This document shows, in pieces, positions 1 to 9,693 of a stretch of DNA of 64,000 nucleotides (positions are counted from its first letter, which is position 1; each line of letters begins with the position of its first letter). Under the pieces are notes generated by a model that had not been told where the DNA came from, did no database searches, and saw nothing but the letters and a program-made list of their open reading frames with translations. Origin of the DNA: Myxococcota bacterium (lineage in GTDB: Bacteria > Myxococcota > UBA4151). The position numbers and the translations under genes are program-made. The stretch spans positions 59 through 64,058 of the forward strand of contig JAYZBQ010000098.1 in NCBI GenBank assembly GCA_036338695.1, given 5' to 3'.

Positions 1-450
1 CGACGACACCACCTCCATGCGCCAGCCGTCGGTGCGGTCGACGAGGCGCTGGTACATGCGGAACAGGTCGCCGGCGAAGAGGCTCGCCTCGTCCCCGCCG
101 GTGCCGGCGCGGATCTCGAGCAGGCAGTTGCGGTCGTCGTCGGGGTTGCGGGGCAGCAGCGCCAGCTGCAGCTCGTCGGTCAGCGCCTCGAGGCGCTCCT
201 TGATGGTCTCGAGCTCGAGCTGTGCCATCTCGGCGAGCTCGGCGTCGTCATCCTCGGCGAGCAGCTCCGCCTCTTCTTTTTGCTCAAGAAGCGACTCCCG
301 CTCCTCCGCTAAGCGAGCGATCGGCTCCAGACGTTTTTGCGTGGTGACGATCTGCCGGTAAGCCTTTGGGTCGGAGGCGATGTCCGGGTCTCCAAGCTGG
401 GCGGTCAGCTCGGCGTATTGGGCTCTGATCTCGGCGATGCGGTCGTACAT
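1..450 (-). CDS. prfA: Peptide chain release factor 1, N-terminal 150 aa (3' end lies beyond window start)
   Basis: Own translation of the minus strand from ATG at 450-448: [34 protein letters not shown]...[29 protein letters not shown]. This is the typical RF1 N-terminal and central region. It is open to position 1. It is absent from the ORF track because it is truncated. Confidence 0.85.
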   Translation of the reverse strand, partial: MYDRIAEIRAQYAELTAQLGDPDIASDPKAYRQIVTTQKRLEPIARLAEERESLLEQKEEAELLAEDDDAELAEMAQLELETIKERLEALTDELQLALLPRNPDDDRNCLLEIRAGTGGDEASLFAGDLFRMYQRLVDRTDGWRMEVVSS

Positions 451-452
451 GG

Positions 453-491
453 GTCAAAAAACCAAAGACCTGCCCGAGGGGTGGGCAGGTC
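453..491 (-). terminator. Rho-independent terminator downstream of rpmE
   Basis: On the minus strand the stem is GACCTGCCC, loop ACCCCTC, stem GGGCAGGTC (467-491), followed by TTTGGTTTTTTG (455-466). Confidence 0.8.
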
Positions 492-512
492 CAGTTGGTT
501 CGATCAAGGTCG

Positions 513-719
513 CTAGTTAGCCGCTTTGGCGTAACGGCGACGGAAGCGCTCGACGCGCCCTTCGGCGTCCACAAGCTTCTGCTTGCCGGTGTAGAAGGGG
601 TGGCAAGCCGAGCAGATGTCGACGCTGTAGCTGCCGATGGTCGAGCGGGTCTCGATCACGTTCCCGCAGGCGCAGGTGATCGTTGCGAGCTTGAGTTCTG
701 GATGAATGTTCGCACGCAT
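513..719 (-). CDS. rpmE: 50S ribosomal protein L31
   Basis: [29 protein letters not shown]...[13 protein letters not shown] matches the L31 CxxC...CxxC pattern. AAGGAG lies 6 nt upstream of the ATG at 719. The ORF-track start at 734 is probably too far upstream. Confidence 0.9.
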   Translation of the reverse strand: MRANIHPELKLATITCACGNVIETRSTIGSYSVDICSACHPFYTGKQKLVDAEGRVERFRRRYAKAAN

Positions 720-931
720 AGCGAGCTCCTTCATTTGGGCGACGAGCCCTAGGCTTGGCCCCGGGGACCGTCAAGGAAAAACAGCCGAAACCCCGGGCTG
801 GCCGCACACTTGCCTCAGTTTTCGCCCCGGGGCGCTTTGGCCCGATCACGGTTGTGTGACATAGCTCACAGAGGCGGTCGTGTGCTGTGCGTGCTGGCAG
901 CTGCGCGCCGCTGCGAGGGGTGACGTAGTCT

Positions 932-2803
932 GTGTGTGGTATCCTCGGCGTCTTGACCGCCGACCCAGCTAAAGCGCCGGACGAAGCCTCGCTGCGGCGC
1001 TACCTTGAGCCGCTGGCGCCGCGGGGTCCGGACCATCAGGCGGTGCGCTGCGAGCCCGGCTTGGGCTTGGGGCACACCCGGCTGGCGGTCTTGGACTTGG
1101 GCGCGCACGCCAACCAGCCGATCGGCGCTGAGGGCGCTGGCGATCTGGTCTACAACGGCGAGATTTACAACTACGAAGCGCTGGCGGAGGCCTTGAGTGA
1201 TGAGCGCCTACGCGGCGCCGGCGACACGCGGGTGCTGCATCGGTACCTAGGCGCTCACGGCGTACGGGCGGACCTGAGCGCCTTGGATGGCATGTTCGCC
1301 TTCGCCTTCTATGATCGGCGCACGCAGACGCTGGCGCTCGGGCGCGACGCGCTGGGGCAGAAGCCTCTTTATTACGCTGTGATCGATGGGGACCTGTGGT
1401 TTGCGTCGGACGCCGCGCCCTTGCGGCTGGCGATGGGGGGGGCGCAGGTCAACGCACGCGCCCTGTCCGCCTGGTTCGCCATCGGGGCGACGGACCTCGC
1501 CAACGGAGAGAGCTTCTTTGAGGGGATCTATACGCTGCCACCCGGGCATCGGTTGATCGTACCCCGAGAGGCGCTGCGCGCCGGGGCGCTCCCGCAGCCA
1601 GAGCGGTGGCATCGTTTCGAGGCGTCGCCGAGCACCGCCGAGGCGTCTATCGAGGCGCTGACGGAGTCGGTGCGGGCGCGCTTAGTCAGTGAGGTCCCCT
1701 TGGGCGCTATGCTCAGCGGTGGCGTGGACTCGGCGCTGCTTGTTAGCGTGATGTCGTCGCTGCGATCGATCGAGGGTTTGAACACCTTTGCGGTGGGCTA
1801 CGAACGCGACCGCGGCGACCTGCGCTGGGCGCGGCAGGTGGCGCAGGACCTCGGCGTCGAACACCGCGAGCTCACCTTAGGTCGATCCGAATACCTCGAG
1901 CTGCTCGACGACGCCGTCGTGGCCCTGCAAGCGCCGCTGACCTTTGGCAACGAGCCTGCGCTGCTGGGCTTGTGCCGGCTGGCGCGTGAGCACGTCACCG
2001 TGGTGCTCGGCGGTGAGGGCGCCGACGAAGCCTTTGGTGGTTACCGAAAGCTCTTCGGTGCGGTCCCCTGGCGCCAGCGCGTCCAAGGGTTCAACCGAGG
2101 GCTGGTGGACCAGCGCGGACGGCAAGCGCTGCAAGAGTCGTTTGGGATGCTGCCGCCCGAGGGCGAGGCGGACTTTTTCTTGAACCTCTATCACTGGTTT
2201 CACTTCGCCGAGCGGAACTTTTTGTTTCGGGACGAGCTTAAGGCGCGCATCAGCCATGACGACGCGCTCTTTGCGCATGTCGACCGGCTGTTCTCGTGGG
2301 CGCCGGAATCGGGCGAGTTTGAGCGCATGCAGGGCGTCTTTTTGAAGGGGCACCTGGCGCGCCTGCTGCGCCGGCTCGACGCCATGAGCATGAGCTGCGG
2401 CCTGGAGGCGCGCGCACCGTTTTGCAGCCGGGTCCTCGTTGATCGCGGGCTCGGCTTGCCCGCAGAGCAAAAGCTCAGGCCGCATCGAGGCGAGGACCTC
2501 AACCTGGCGCAGAGCTTGATCGGCGTGGAGGGTAAGACGGTGCTGCGCGCCGAGGCCAAGCGTCGTCAGCTGGCCGTCTGGAACCGCCCCAAAAGCCCCT
2601 TCGCAGCGCCGTTTTTGGAGTGGTTTGGCCCGGAGTATCGGGACCTGTGGCAGCCGGAGCTGTTCCGCCCGGGCGGGGTCGAGCGCTTTATCGACCCGGA
2701 CCAGATGAAGCTGTGGCTGGACCACAATGAGGGGGTGAACATCGCCTTTAAGGTTTGGCAGCTCTACAGCTTGAGCCGGTTCCTCGAGCGCCACGCCATC
2801 TGA
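932..2803 (+). CDS. asnB: Asparagine synthetase (glutamine-hydrolysing) family protein
   Basis: GTG start gives (M)CGILG, an N-terminal Cys nucleophile of a class-II amidotransferase. SGGVDSALLV is the PP-loop of the synthetase domain. 623 aa. Confidence 0.85.
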   Translation: MCGILGVLTADPAKAPDEASLRRYLEPLAPRGPDHQAVRCEPGLGLGHTRLAVLDLGAHANQPIGAEGAGDLVYNGEIYNYEALAEALSDERLRGAGDTRVLHRYLGAHGVRADLSALDGMFAFAFYDRRTQTLALGRDALGQKPLYYAVIDGDLWFASDAAPLRLAMGGAQVNARALSAWFAIGATDLANGESFFEGIYTLPPGHRLIVPREALRAGALPQPERWHRFEASPSTAEASIEALTESVRARLVSEVPLGAMLSGGVDSALLVSVMSSLRSIEGLNTFAVGYERDRGDLRWARQVAQDLGVEHRELTLGRSEYLELLDDAVVALQAPLTFGNEPALLGLCRLAREHVTVVLGGEGADEAFGGYRKLFGAVPWRQRVQGFNRGLVDQRGRQALQESFGMLPPEGEADFFLNLYHWFHFAERNFLFRDELKARISHDDALFAHVDRLFSWAPESGEFERMQGVFLKGHLARLLRRLDAMSMSCGLEARAPFCSRVLVDRGLGLPAEQKLRPHRGEDLNLAQSLIGVEGKTVLRAEAKRRQLAVWNRPKSPFAAPFLEWFGPEYRDLWQPELFRPGGVERFIDPDQMKLWLDHNEGVNIAFKVWQLYSLSRFLERHAI

Positions 2804-3292
2804 TCAGTCGACGGTGACGGTCTCCGCCGCAGGGGTCTCGTCCGAGGCGTTCTCGCTGAGCTGCTTGCGACCGCCTGGGGTCTGGAGTCGGTGAACCTGG
2901 AGCACCATGCGCGTGGTCGGCGCAAACTCGACCGCCACCATGTCCCCGCTGCTGACCTGTTCGCTGATGCGTTTGGGGACGTCGAAGTGCTCGCCCTTGA
3001 CGATCAAGTAGCCCTCGCCGACGTCGTCGACGCGTGCGCTGAGCCCCGCCGCAACGCCGCCTTTGAGGTCGGCTCGGTGCCCCGAAGTGGCGCCCTCGGT
3101 AAAGCCGGCGACGGCGATCGGGATGAGCACGAACAGCGCAAAGAGGGTGACGTCGCCGACGCTCCCTTGACCCATCGCCCAGTTGACGATCCGCCAGACC
3201 AGGATCAACGCCCAGATCGCCCAGGTGGTCTTCGCCAGGCTCTGATACCCGTCGACCACGAGCGATAGCCTGCTCCGCTCTGGGGGGGTCAT
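2804..3292 (-). CDS. Hypothetical membrane protein (two TM helices plus a small C-terminal beta-rich domain)
   Basis: ORF 2804-3406. Hydrophobic segments are TTWAIWALILVWRIV and VTLFALFVLIPIAVAGF. The start is uncertain (ATG at 3292 or 3406). Third-position GC bias supports coding. Confidence 0.5.
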   Translation of the reverse strand: MTPPERSRLSLVVDGYQSLAKTTWAIWALILVWRIVNWAMGQGSVGDVTLFALFVLIPIAVAGFTEGATSGHRADLKGGVAAGLSARVDDVGEGYLIVKGEHFDVPKRISEQVSSGDMVAVEFAPTTRMVLQVHRLQTPGGRKQLSENASDETPAAETVTVD

Positions 3293-3411
3293 GGGTCGCA
3301 CGGTCGGCTGCCTCCGCTCTCGACCACCTAGGTGCGCGAGCCCAAGCGCTCTGGTCAAGAGGCGCCCGCTTGCCGTTGTGATCAGCGCCCAGTTCGTGGC
3401 AGGCACCGCGC

Positions 3412-4419
3412 ATGGACATCGCAGCGCAACGCCAGAGCCTGTTAGCGTGGTACCGGAGCACGGCGCGTGAGCTGCCCTGGCGCAGCCACCCGGAGCCTTG
3501 GCGGGTGATGGTAAGCGAGTTCATGCTCCAGCAGACGCAGGTCAAAACCGTGCTGCCACGCTACGAGCCATTTATGCAGCGATTCCCAAGCCCTGACGCC
3601 ATGGTGCGCGCCGGCGAGGAGGCGGTGATCTCGGCGTGGGCGGGCTTGGGCTACTACCGGCGAGCGCGTGCCCTGTTCGCCGCCGCAGAGGCGGTGGTGG
3701 CGCGCCATGAGGGTGTGGTCCCCGGCGACTTGGAGGCGCTGCGGGCGCTGCCCGGAGTGGGCGCGTACACCTCGGCGGCGATCGCAAGCATCGGTTTTGA
3801 GCTGCCGGCCGCGGTGGTCGACGGCAACGTCGAGCGGGTGCTGGCGCGCCTGAGAGCCTTTGATGAGCCGGTGCGCCCGGCGGCTGGTCGGCGCGCTGTG
3901 CAGCGCCTAGCCGATGACTTCCTCAACGCCGCTGCGCCCGGTGACCACAACCAAGCGATGATGGAGCTCGGGGCGCGCGTGTGCAGGCCGCAGCGGGCCG
4001 ATTGCCTGCTGTGTCCGCTGCAAGCTGCCTGTCAGGGGCAGCACGACTGGCGCTCGCTGCCGGTGCTGCCCGAGCGCAAAAAGACGGTGCCCGAACAGCT
4101 CGAGCGCCGGCTCCTGCTCATCGACCCCCGCGGGCACACGGTCTGGCGACGTCGCCCGGCGGACGGTCTCTACGCCAACCTGCCCGATCTGCCGTCTCTC
4201 GGTGAGGGCGAAGAGGCGGAACATTACGGCGATGTGGTGTGCTTTGAAGAGACCACTCAGCGGCTGAGCCATCGGCTCCTGCGCGTCCAGGTCTGGCGCG
4301 TGGACGTGCCGAGCCTTCCAGAGGGCGCCTTACGCGGCTCGGTGAGGGCCTTACTGGCCGATGGGCCGCCGACCCCCGTGGCTCGGCTGGTTCGGCGGCT
4401 GGCGAACCCCGAGGAATAG
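3412..4419 (+). CDS. mutY: A/G-specific adenine DNA glycosylase
   Basis: LPWRSHPEPWRVMVSEFMLQQTQV, a HhH-GPD segment LPGVGAYTSAAI, VDGNVERV, and an Fe-S cluster motif CRPQRADCLLCPLQAAC. Confidence 0.9.
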   Translation: MDIAAQRQSLLAWYRSTARELPWRSHPEPWRVMVSEFMLQQTQVKTVLPRYEPFMQRFPSPDAMVRAGEEAVISAWAGLGYYRRARALFAAAEAVVARHEGVVPGDLEALRALPGVGAYTSAAIASIGFELPAAVVDGNVERVLARLRAFDEPVRPAAGRRAVQRLADDFLNAAAPGDHNQAMMELGARVCRPQRADCLLCPLQAACQGQHDWRSLPVLPERKKTVPEQLERRLLLIDPRGHTVWRRRPADGLYANLPDLPSLGEGEEAEHYGDVVCFEETTQRLSHRLLRVQVWRVDVPSLPEGALRGSVRALLADGPPTPVARLVRRLANPEE

Positions 4420-4510
4420 CTAGGGGTGGACAGCCGCTTAAAGCGGCGACAAGACGCTCACGACGCAGCGGGGTATGCACCCTGGCTGAGCGAACTGCGA
4501 GGAGGGCTCC

Positions 4511-7500
4511 ATGGAAGAGCTTCTTTCGTTAATCCGTCAGCACGAGCTGGCGGAGTCGTTGCAACCCTATGGTTTACTGGTTGAGCCGACGGCGTCCGGG
4601 ACGCTGAGCGTCGACGCAGGACGACTCGACCCGGGCGTTGCGGACCTGCTCGACGAGGCAGGCCTGGCGACGCTCGCTGTGGGTGACTTGGACAGCGACG
4701 AAGCGCTCGCCGAGGTGGTGGCGCGGTACGACGCCTTGGTGGCGGCGCAGCCGAGCCGATTTATGCTCCGGCCGGCGACTAAGCCGGTAGCGCCGGCGGC
4801 GATGCCGCGCTCGGAGGCGTGGCTCAAGCGCTACTACGGGACCACCGGGTTCTCCCCTGTGGGCGAGCGCAAGCCGAGCGTGATCGATCACGCACGCTGC
4901 GCAGGGCCTCTGATCACGAGCATCGACGACGAGCCTTTGGTCTTCTTTGACGCTTCGTCCCAGATCGCCACGCACGCCGCTGGGCTCAACCCCGCCGAGG
5001 TGCAGCGAGCGCGCGATGAGGGCGGCTTTGACCAGGTGGTCGCGACCAACGCCGACTCGTCGCATGAGACCTGCCCGGCTTTGGACGCGCTGGCGGAGCT
5101 GGTGCGCGGCCACGTGCACCCGAGCTTGGACCAGGTCACCTTCGCCAATTCGGGCGCCGAGTCCAACGAGAAGGCGCTGCACCTGGCGCGTGAGAACGGG
5201 CGCGGCGGGCATCGCCTGCTGGCGATGAAGGGGAGCTTTCACGGGCGCACCCTCCTGCCGCTGCACGGGACCTGGAACCCGGTCAAGCGCGGCCCGTTTG
5301 AGTTCGCTGGCTTCGAGGCGGAGTGGGCTGATTTCCCGCGCCACTTGGTGCCCAAGGTCGAGCCGGACCTGCCCGCTGGCTGGGTGGCTGCCTGGCGTGA
5401 GGGGCGCGGCTGGAGCGCCGAGGGCGCAGACGCGCTGCTCGCCGCCGAGATCGAGTCGCTGACCGCCGTGGAGGAGGCGCTGGCGACGGCGCCGGTGTTC
5501 GGGGTGATCACGGAGGTGATGCAAGGTGAGGGCGGCGATAACTACGCCACGCGCCGGTTCTTCTGCGCGCTTTTGGCGATCTGCCGCCGGCACGACGTCC
5601 CGCTCGTCGTTGACGAGGTCCAGACCGGCTTTGGTCTGGGCGGTCCCTTGTTTTGGCACACGGCGATGAACTTAGTCGACGCCGACGGCGAGCCCGATAC
5701 GCCCGACGCCGTGACGGTGGCGAAGAAGGCGCAGCTCGGCGTGGTGGTGAGCCGCTTTGCCGACCCGGAGCCGACCGAGGTCTCCTCCGCCTCCGCCGTG
5801 CGCGGTCTGGCGCAGGCGCGTATTGCGCTCGCCACTGATCACGACGCCATCGCTGCGTACGCCGAAGAGAGCCTCACCGGCTTGTCTGAGAGCCTACCGG
5901 AGGGGCTGGTCACGAACGTGCGCGGCCAGGGCTTGGCGTGGGGGATCGATCTACCCTCTGGGGGGGTCGTCAACCGGCTCTTGGGTGAGCGCTTCTGGCG
6001 AGGCTATTTGACCTATATCGCAGGCGCCAAGACGCTGCGGTTTCGCCTCAGCCCGGCGATGACGGCGGCGAGCTGGCAGGGCGTCGTGGACGCGCTGCGG
6101 ATCCACCTGGCTGAGCTGGTTGAGCAGGTTGGCTGGGATGGCCCCGAGGCCTTCGCCGAGGCGGTCGCGGCGCTACCGCCTGGGCAGTGGAAGGCGAGCG
6201 GCGTGGCGAGCCCGGCGCGCTTTGGGCTGGCAGCTGGTTACCGGCTTGAGCCGCTGAGCGGCGCGCTCCTCGAGGCGCAGATGGCGCGCATCTTAGAGCT
6301 TGAGGCTGAGGCCTATGAGCCCGAGCGTCGCGAGACCGAAGCGGGGCTGCGCGGCTTTGTCGCCTTACCGGGGTTTGTCGGTCACGCCGTCTTTGATGAG
6401 CAAGACCAGCTCGCTGGGTTCTCGATGGGCGCCGCGCTCGAGGGCTTTGAGTCGGTGGATGGGTGCCGCGCCGACGCCACATGGGGCGACGGCAGCAGCC
6501 TGTACTCGCTTGAGATGTTGGTCGCCGAGGGGCACCGCGGCGCCGGGATCGGCCGGGCGCTCAAGGCGGCTCAGATCGACGCCGCCCGCCACGCAGGGTA
6601 CCGCTTTATCTGCGGTCGAAACCGGGTAGGCGGCACCCAGGAGATGGCGCCGCTGAACCGCTCCTTTGGCGCCTACACGGTGGCGCGTTTGGACGGACAA
6701 TACGGCGGCGACGGGCAAGCGGACTACTACCGCCTGCCGCTGCACCCTGGCGCGGTCGCAGCGTCTGCTCGCTCGGCGCAGGGAGCGGATCTCGCGAGCG
6801 GGCTGCAGCGTCCGCTCGGTGATGCGCCCGCCTCGCTCTTGGCGGCGGCGCAGCGCGGGGTCCTCGGCGGCTCGGTGTGCAATAAGGTCAGCCTGTGCAA
6901 TTTTACGACCCCGGACACGATCCGCTTCGCCGAGCTCTTGCAAGCCCTGGCTCCGGCGGGATGCGATCACGCGCTGTACACCTCAGGGCGTGATGAGATG
7001 GTCGATAAGGCGCTGCGGGCGATCAAGTACAACAACCGCCAGGCGGACATCGTGTTGGCGTTTGAGGGGACCTACGTGGGTCACACCACGGCGGCGGCGC
7101 GCTCCGCATCGGATCACGAGCAGTCGTATTTTGACTGGCCTAAGCTGCCGCACCCGGCGCGGGTAGGGGACGAGGCTGCGCTCGAAGCGCTCGAGGACGC
7201 GCTGACGGAGTACGGTGACCGGGTCCTGACGCTGATGATCGAGCCGATCGGGGAGCGCTCTGGCTTGATCATCCCGCCGACCTTCTACGCCGAGCTGCAG
7301 CGTCTGCGGCTGGAGCGGGGCCTGCGCGTGACGGTCAGCGAGACCGCGACCGGCGGCTTCCGCAACGGTCATGGGACCTGCTTCTACGTCGACAGCACGG
7401 ACCTGATGGCGGACCAGGTGCTCTGGTACACGGGCGGTCAGCTCGGGGTCGTGTTCTGCGCGCAGACTACGTGGGTCGAGAAGCCCCTCCAGTTGATCTC

Positions 7501-7813
7501 CACTTGGGACGGCGATGAGCTGTGCATGGTGCGCGCAGCGCATCACCTGCGCTGGGGTGTTCGCCACCGCGAGCAGATCGCGCAGCGCGCGGCGCTGATG
7601 AGCAGGATGCTCGCCGGGTCGAGCTCGGCGACCAGCCTAGGGCTCTGCGCCCATCTCGCCGTCGACGACGTCGACAAAGCGCATGCCGCCGCCGCGGCGC
7701 GCGGCGTGTCGGTGCGTGTGTCAGCGGCTGGGTTGACCCTGCTGCCCGCGCTCAACATCGAGGCCTCGGCGCTAGCGAGCGGGGTCGAGGTGGCGCTGAG
7801 CGCCGAAGCCTAA
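4511..7813 (+). CDS. Three-domain protein: class-III PLP aminotransferase, GNAT acetyltransferase, degenerate class-III aminotransferase-like domain
   Basis: 1100 aa. Domain 1 has GSFHGRT, DEVQTGFGLGG and a candidate PLP-Lys in TVAKKAQLG. The middle has a GNAT-like LVAEGHRGAGIGRALK. The C-terminal domain has FEGTYVGHT and MIEPIGERSG, but SETATGGFR replaces DEVQTGFGR and no Lys is seen at the PLP position. Confidence 0.7.
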   Translation: MEELLSLIRQHELAESLQPYGLLVEPTASGTLSVDAGRLDPGVADLLDEAGLATLAVGDLDSDEALAEVVARYDALVAAQPSRFMLRPATKPVAPAAMPRSEAWLKRYYGTTGFSPVGERKPSVIDHARCAGPLITSIDDEPLVFFDASSQIATHAAGLNPAEVQRARDEGGFDQVVATNADSSHETCPALDALAELVRGHVHPSLDQVTFANSGAESNEKALHLARENGRGGHRLLAMKGSFHGRTLLPLHGTWNPVKRGPFEFAGFEAEWADFPRHLVPKVEPDLPAGWVAAWREGRGWSAEGADALLAAEIESLTAVEEALATAPVFGVITEVMQGEGGDNYATRRFFCALLAICRRHDVPLVVDEVQTGFGLGGPLFWHTAMNLVDADGEPDTPDAVTVAKKAQLGVVVSRFADPEPTEVSSASAVRGLAQARIALATDHDAIAAYAEESLTGLSESLPEGLVTNVRGQGLAWGIDLPSGGVVNRLLGERFWRGYLTYIAGAKTLRFRLSPAMTAASWQGVVDALRIHLAELVEQVGWDGPEAFAEAVAALPPGQWKASGVASPARFGLAAGYRLEPLSGALLEAQMARILELEAEAYEPERRETEAGLRGFVALPGFVGHAVFDEQDQLAGFSMGAALEGFESVDGCRADATWGDGSSLYSLEMLVAEGHRGAGIGRALKAAQIDAARHAGYRFICGRNRVGGTQEMAPLNRSFGAYTVARLDGQYGGDGQADYYRLPLHPGAVAASARSAQGADLASGLQRPLGDAPASLLAAAQRGVLGGSVCNKVSLCNFTTPDTIRFAELLQALAPAGCDHALYTSGRDEMVDKALRAIKYNNRQADIVLAFEGTYVGHTTAAARSASDHEQSYFDWPKLPHPARVGDEAALEALEDALTEYGDRVLTLMIEPIGERSGLIIPPTFYAELQRLRLERGLRVTVSETATGGFRNGHGTCFYVDSTDLMADQVLWYTGGQLGVVFCAQTTWVEKPLQLISTWDGDELCMVRAAHHLRWGVRHREQIAQRAALMSRMLAGSSSATSLGLCAHLAVDDVDKAHAAAAARGVSVRVSAAGLTLLPALNIEASALASGVEVALSAEA

Positions 7814-8871
7814 GCCGGAAAGTCGATGCCCGCTTGTCCGGTGAGCGGGCCGCGGCAGGCGCGCATGATCGGGCTCGCTTGGCGCCAGTCAAAGACCAGC
7901 CCGCCGCAGGTCGCGGACTTATGCGGCTCGGTCTGGCTGATCTTCATGCTCAAGCGGTCGTCGCTCAAGACCGTCCACATCGCCTCTGGGGTGGGCGCGA
8001 TGGGGTCACCGCTGAGCAGCTCGTCCAGCGCGTCCCAGCGCACGAAGGTCGTGGACTCCGGCGAGAGCACCTCGCTCTTCGCTTGGTGGTCATCGAGGCA
8101 GTGGTTGGTGTGGCACGCTGCGCCGGGGTAGGTGAGCGTCTCGTCACCGCCTTCTTGCCACGAAGCGATGGTGGCGTGGTGGTCGGCGAGCGCCTCGACG
8201 CCGAAGAAGTCGGTGCGGTCAGCGATCTGATAGTAGTGGCCCGAGCCCACGCCGACGCGCTCGAGCAACGCCGCGGCTTCCTTGGCGGTTGCGCAGGCGA
8301 GCATCATGCGCACGAGCGCAGGCCAGACGATCCCGATCTTGGTCGTGGGCGTGTTGAGGTTGTTGATGGTGACCGCGACGCCGTGCTCGTTGATCCCCGC
8401 CATCCCCAGGCAGCCGGTCAGGCTAAAGGTGACGCAGCGTGGAGCGCCTTCGACGGCGAAGCGTAGAATCTCCACGTAGGGCGCAGCGGAGCCGTGCATG
8501 TCCCAGGTCTGTCCCAGCACGGGCGGGCTCCCGGGTACGAAGAGCGCCGAGCAGCCTTGGTCGTCGTAGAGGGTGGCGCGGCTGAGGTCGCGCAGGTCGG
8601 TGTAGTGGTTCAGGACGACGAGCTCGCCGGCGCCGATGTCAGCGCCCTCGCCGATCCCGAGCAGCTCGTCATGGAGCGCTCCAGAGTGCGATTTGAGCGT
8701 AGCGAGGTGGCGCTCGCCGAGCGCCACGATCTCCTCGATGGAGGTGAAGTCGGTCCTGCCGAGCGTCAGCTCCAATCGGATCGCTGCGAGCTCATGAATG
8801 CGGGCTCGAAAGGTCTCGCCGTGGTCTCGGCCGACTTGGCGTGGGCTGCCGTGAAAATCATAGGATTGCAT
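7810..8871 (-). CDS. Peptidase C45 / acyl-CoA:6-aminopenicillanic-acid acyltransferase family (Ntn hydrolase) protein
   Basis: MQSYDFHGSPRQVGRDHGE... with a candidate Ntn nucleophile in DDQGCSALF. GAGGAG lies 6 nt before the ATG at 8871. Confidence 0.6.
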   Translation of the reverse strand: MQSYDFHGSPRQVGRDHGETFRARIHELAAIRLELTLGRTDFTSIEEIVALGERHLATLKSHSGALHDELLGIGEGADIGAGELVVLNHYTDLRDLSRATLYDDQGCSALFVPGSPPVLGQTWDMHGSAAPYVEILRFAVEGAPRCVTFSLTGCLGMAGINEHGVAVTINNLNTPTTKIGIVWPALVRMMLACATAKEAAALLERVGVGSGHYYQIADRTDFFGVEALADHHATIASWQEGGDETLTYPGAACHTNHCLDDHQAKSEVLSPESTTFVRWDALDELLSGDPIAPTPEAMWTVLSDDRLSMKISQTEPHKSATCGGLVFDWRQASPIMRACRGPLTGQAGIDFPA

Positions 8872-8908
8872 GGGGGTCTCCTCGCCCGGGCACCCTGCGT
8901 CGTGAGGA

Positions 8909-8951
8909 CAAAAAAGCAAACAGCCCGCAACGCAGCGGGCTGTTCTTTTTC
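8909..8951 (-). terminator. Rho-independent (bidirectional-looking) terminator after the DUF507 gene
   Basis: The 10-bp stem AACAGCCCGC/GCGGGCTGTT spans 8919-8944 with a 6-nt loop. It is flanked by an A6 run (8910-8915, which is T6 on the minus strand) and a T5 run (8946-8950). Confidence 0.75.
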
Positions 8952-8970
8952 CAACGGGGTTGGTCAGCGA

Positions 8971-9507
8971 CTAGTTGTCGTGTTTTGCCCGCTCGGCGCG
9001 CCGCTTAAGCTCTCGCGCCCGGCGCTGGTACTCGGCTTCAAACGCCGACGAGCCTTCCGGGACGTTGCGCAGGGCTGCGCGCACGTTGCGGTCGATCTCT
9101 TCGTCGAGCGAGAGGTGCTTGGCGAGGACCTCGGTGACGACCTCTTTGAGCTCATCGTCGGAGCCGTAGATCTCTTCGACGTTGCCCGAGTCGAACAGCG
9201 CCTCGAGGACTTGCGTGGTGACGAAGTCGATGCCGTCGTTCGCCAGCGGGAACTCACGGACTTCGGCGATGCTCTTCTTGACCATCGCGTAGCGATCCGG
9301 GCTGAGGTGACGGCGCTGAAGCCCCGCCTTCGCCTCTTGGTTGATACGGTCTTCTTTGTTCATGTAGTCGACCATGACCGTGGACAGGTCGAGCTCGGCT
9401 TCGATGACCTGCGTGTCTTCGATCTCGGCGTACTCACGGCTGCGCAAGAACCGGACGACGTCGTGCGAGATCTTGGGGATGACTTTGCGGTAGAGGTTCA
9501 ACATCAT
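8971..9507 (-). CDS. DUF507 family protein
   Basis: MMLNLYRKVIPKISHDVVRFLRS...; AGGAG lies upstream of the ATG ATG at 9507. The charged helical composition is typical of DUF507. The upstream part of ORF 8971-9672 is Arg/Pro-rich and not protein-like. Confidence 0.6.
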   Translation of the reverse strand: MMLNLYRKVIPKISHDVVRFLRSREYAEIEDTQVIEAELDLSTVMVDYMNKEDRINQEAKAGLQRRHLSPDRYAMVKKSIAEVREFPLANDGIDFVTTQVLEALFDSGNVEEIYGSDDELKEVVTEVLAKHLSLDEEIDRNVRAALRNVPEGSSAFEAEYQRRARELKRRAERAKHDN

Positions 9508-9693
9508 TTTGATCGCTCCTGTCGACGGCTTCGGCGACCCTTTCCGGGGCCGCGAATTCGGTCCAGGGCGGGGCCGCAAACGGCCGTGCTGATCTGTATC
9601 TCGTCGGTCGATAGGGTGCGCTCCACCCCTTGGCAACAAAAATGGGTGGTCGTGCGTTGGTTCGAGGCGCAAAATGCCCGCCTGGAGTCATCG

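Noticed and set aside
735-931. GC-rich inverted repeats (CCCGGGG...CCCCGGG, CGCCCCGGGGCG) between rpmE and asnB as a possible structured RNA or leader.
   Set aside because: They are short GC palindromes, which are expected by chance at this base composition. There is no T-tract and no recognisable riboswitch or leader features.
4433-4447. The hairpin GCCGCTT-A-AAGCGGC after mutY as a terminator.
   Set aside because: The loop is too small and there is no downstream U-tract. Support is insufficient.
4511-8871. A beta-lactam-type biosynthetic cluster: a lysine-aminotransferase-like domain next to an isopenicillin-N-acyltransferase-family (C45) gene, plus an IPNS-family oxygenase at 63436-64000.
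   Set aside because: The families are broad. There is no NRPS (ACV synthetase-like) gene. The oxygenase is 55 kb away. The two adjacent genes are convergent rather than co-transcribed.
8494-9693. A 400-codon N-terminal extension of the uvrC ORF (the track lists 8494-11571 as one 1025-aa ORF).
   Set aside because: The extension is antisense to the well-supported C45 and DUF507 genes and crosses a terminator hairpin. The UvrC GIY-YIG domain begins right at ATG 9694, which has a GGAG RBS.
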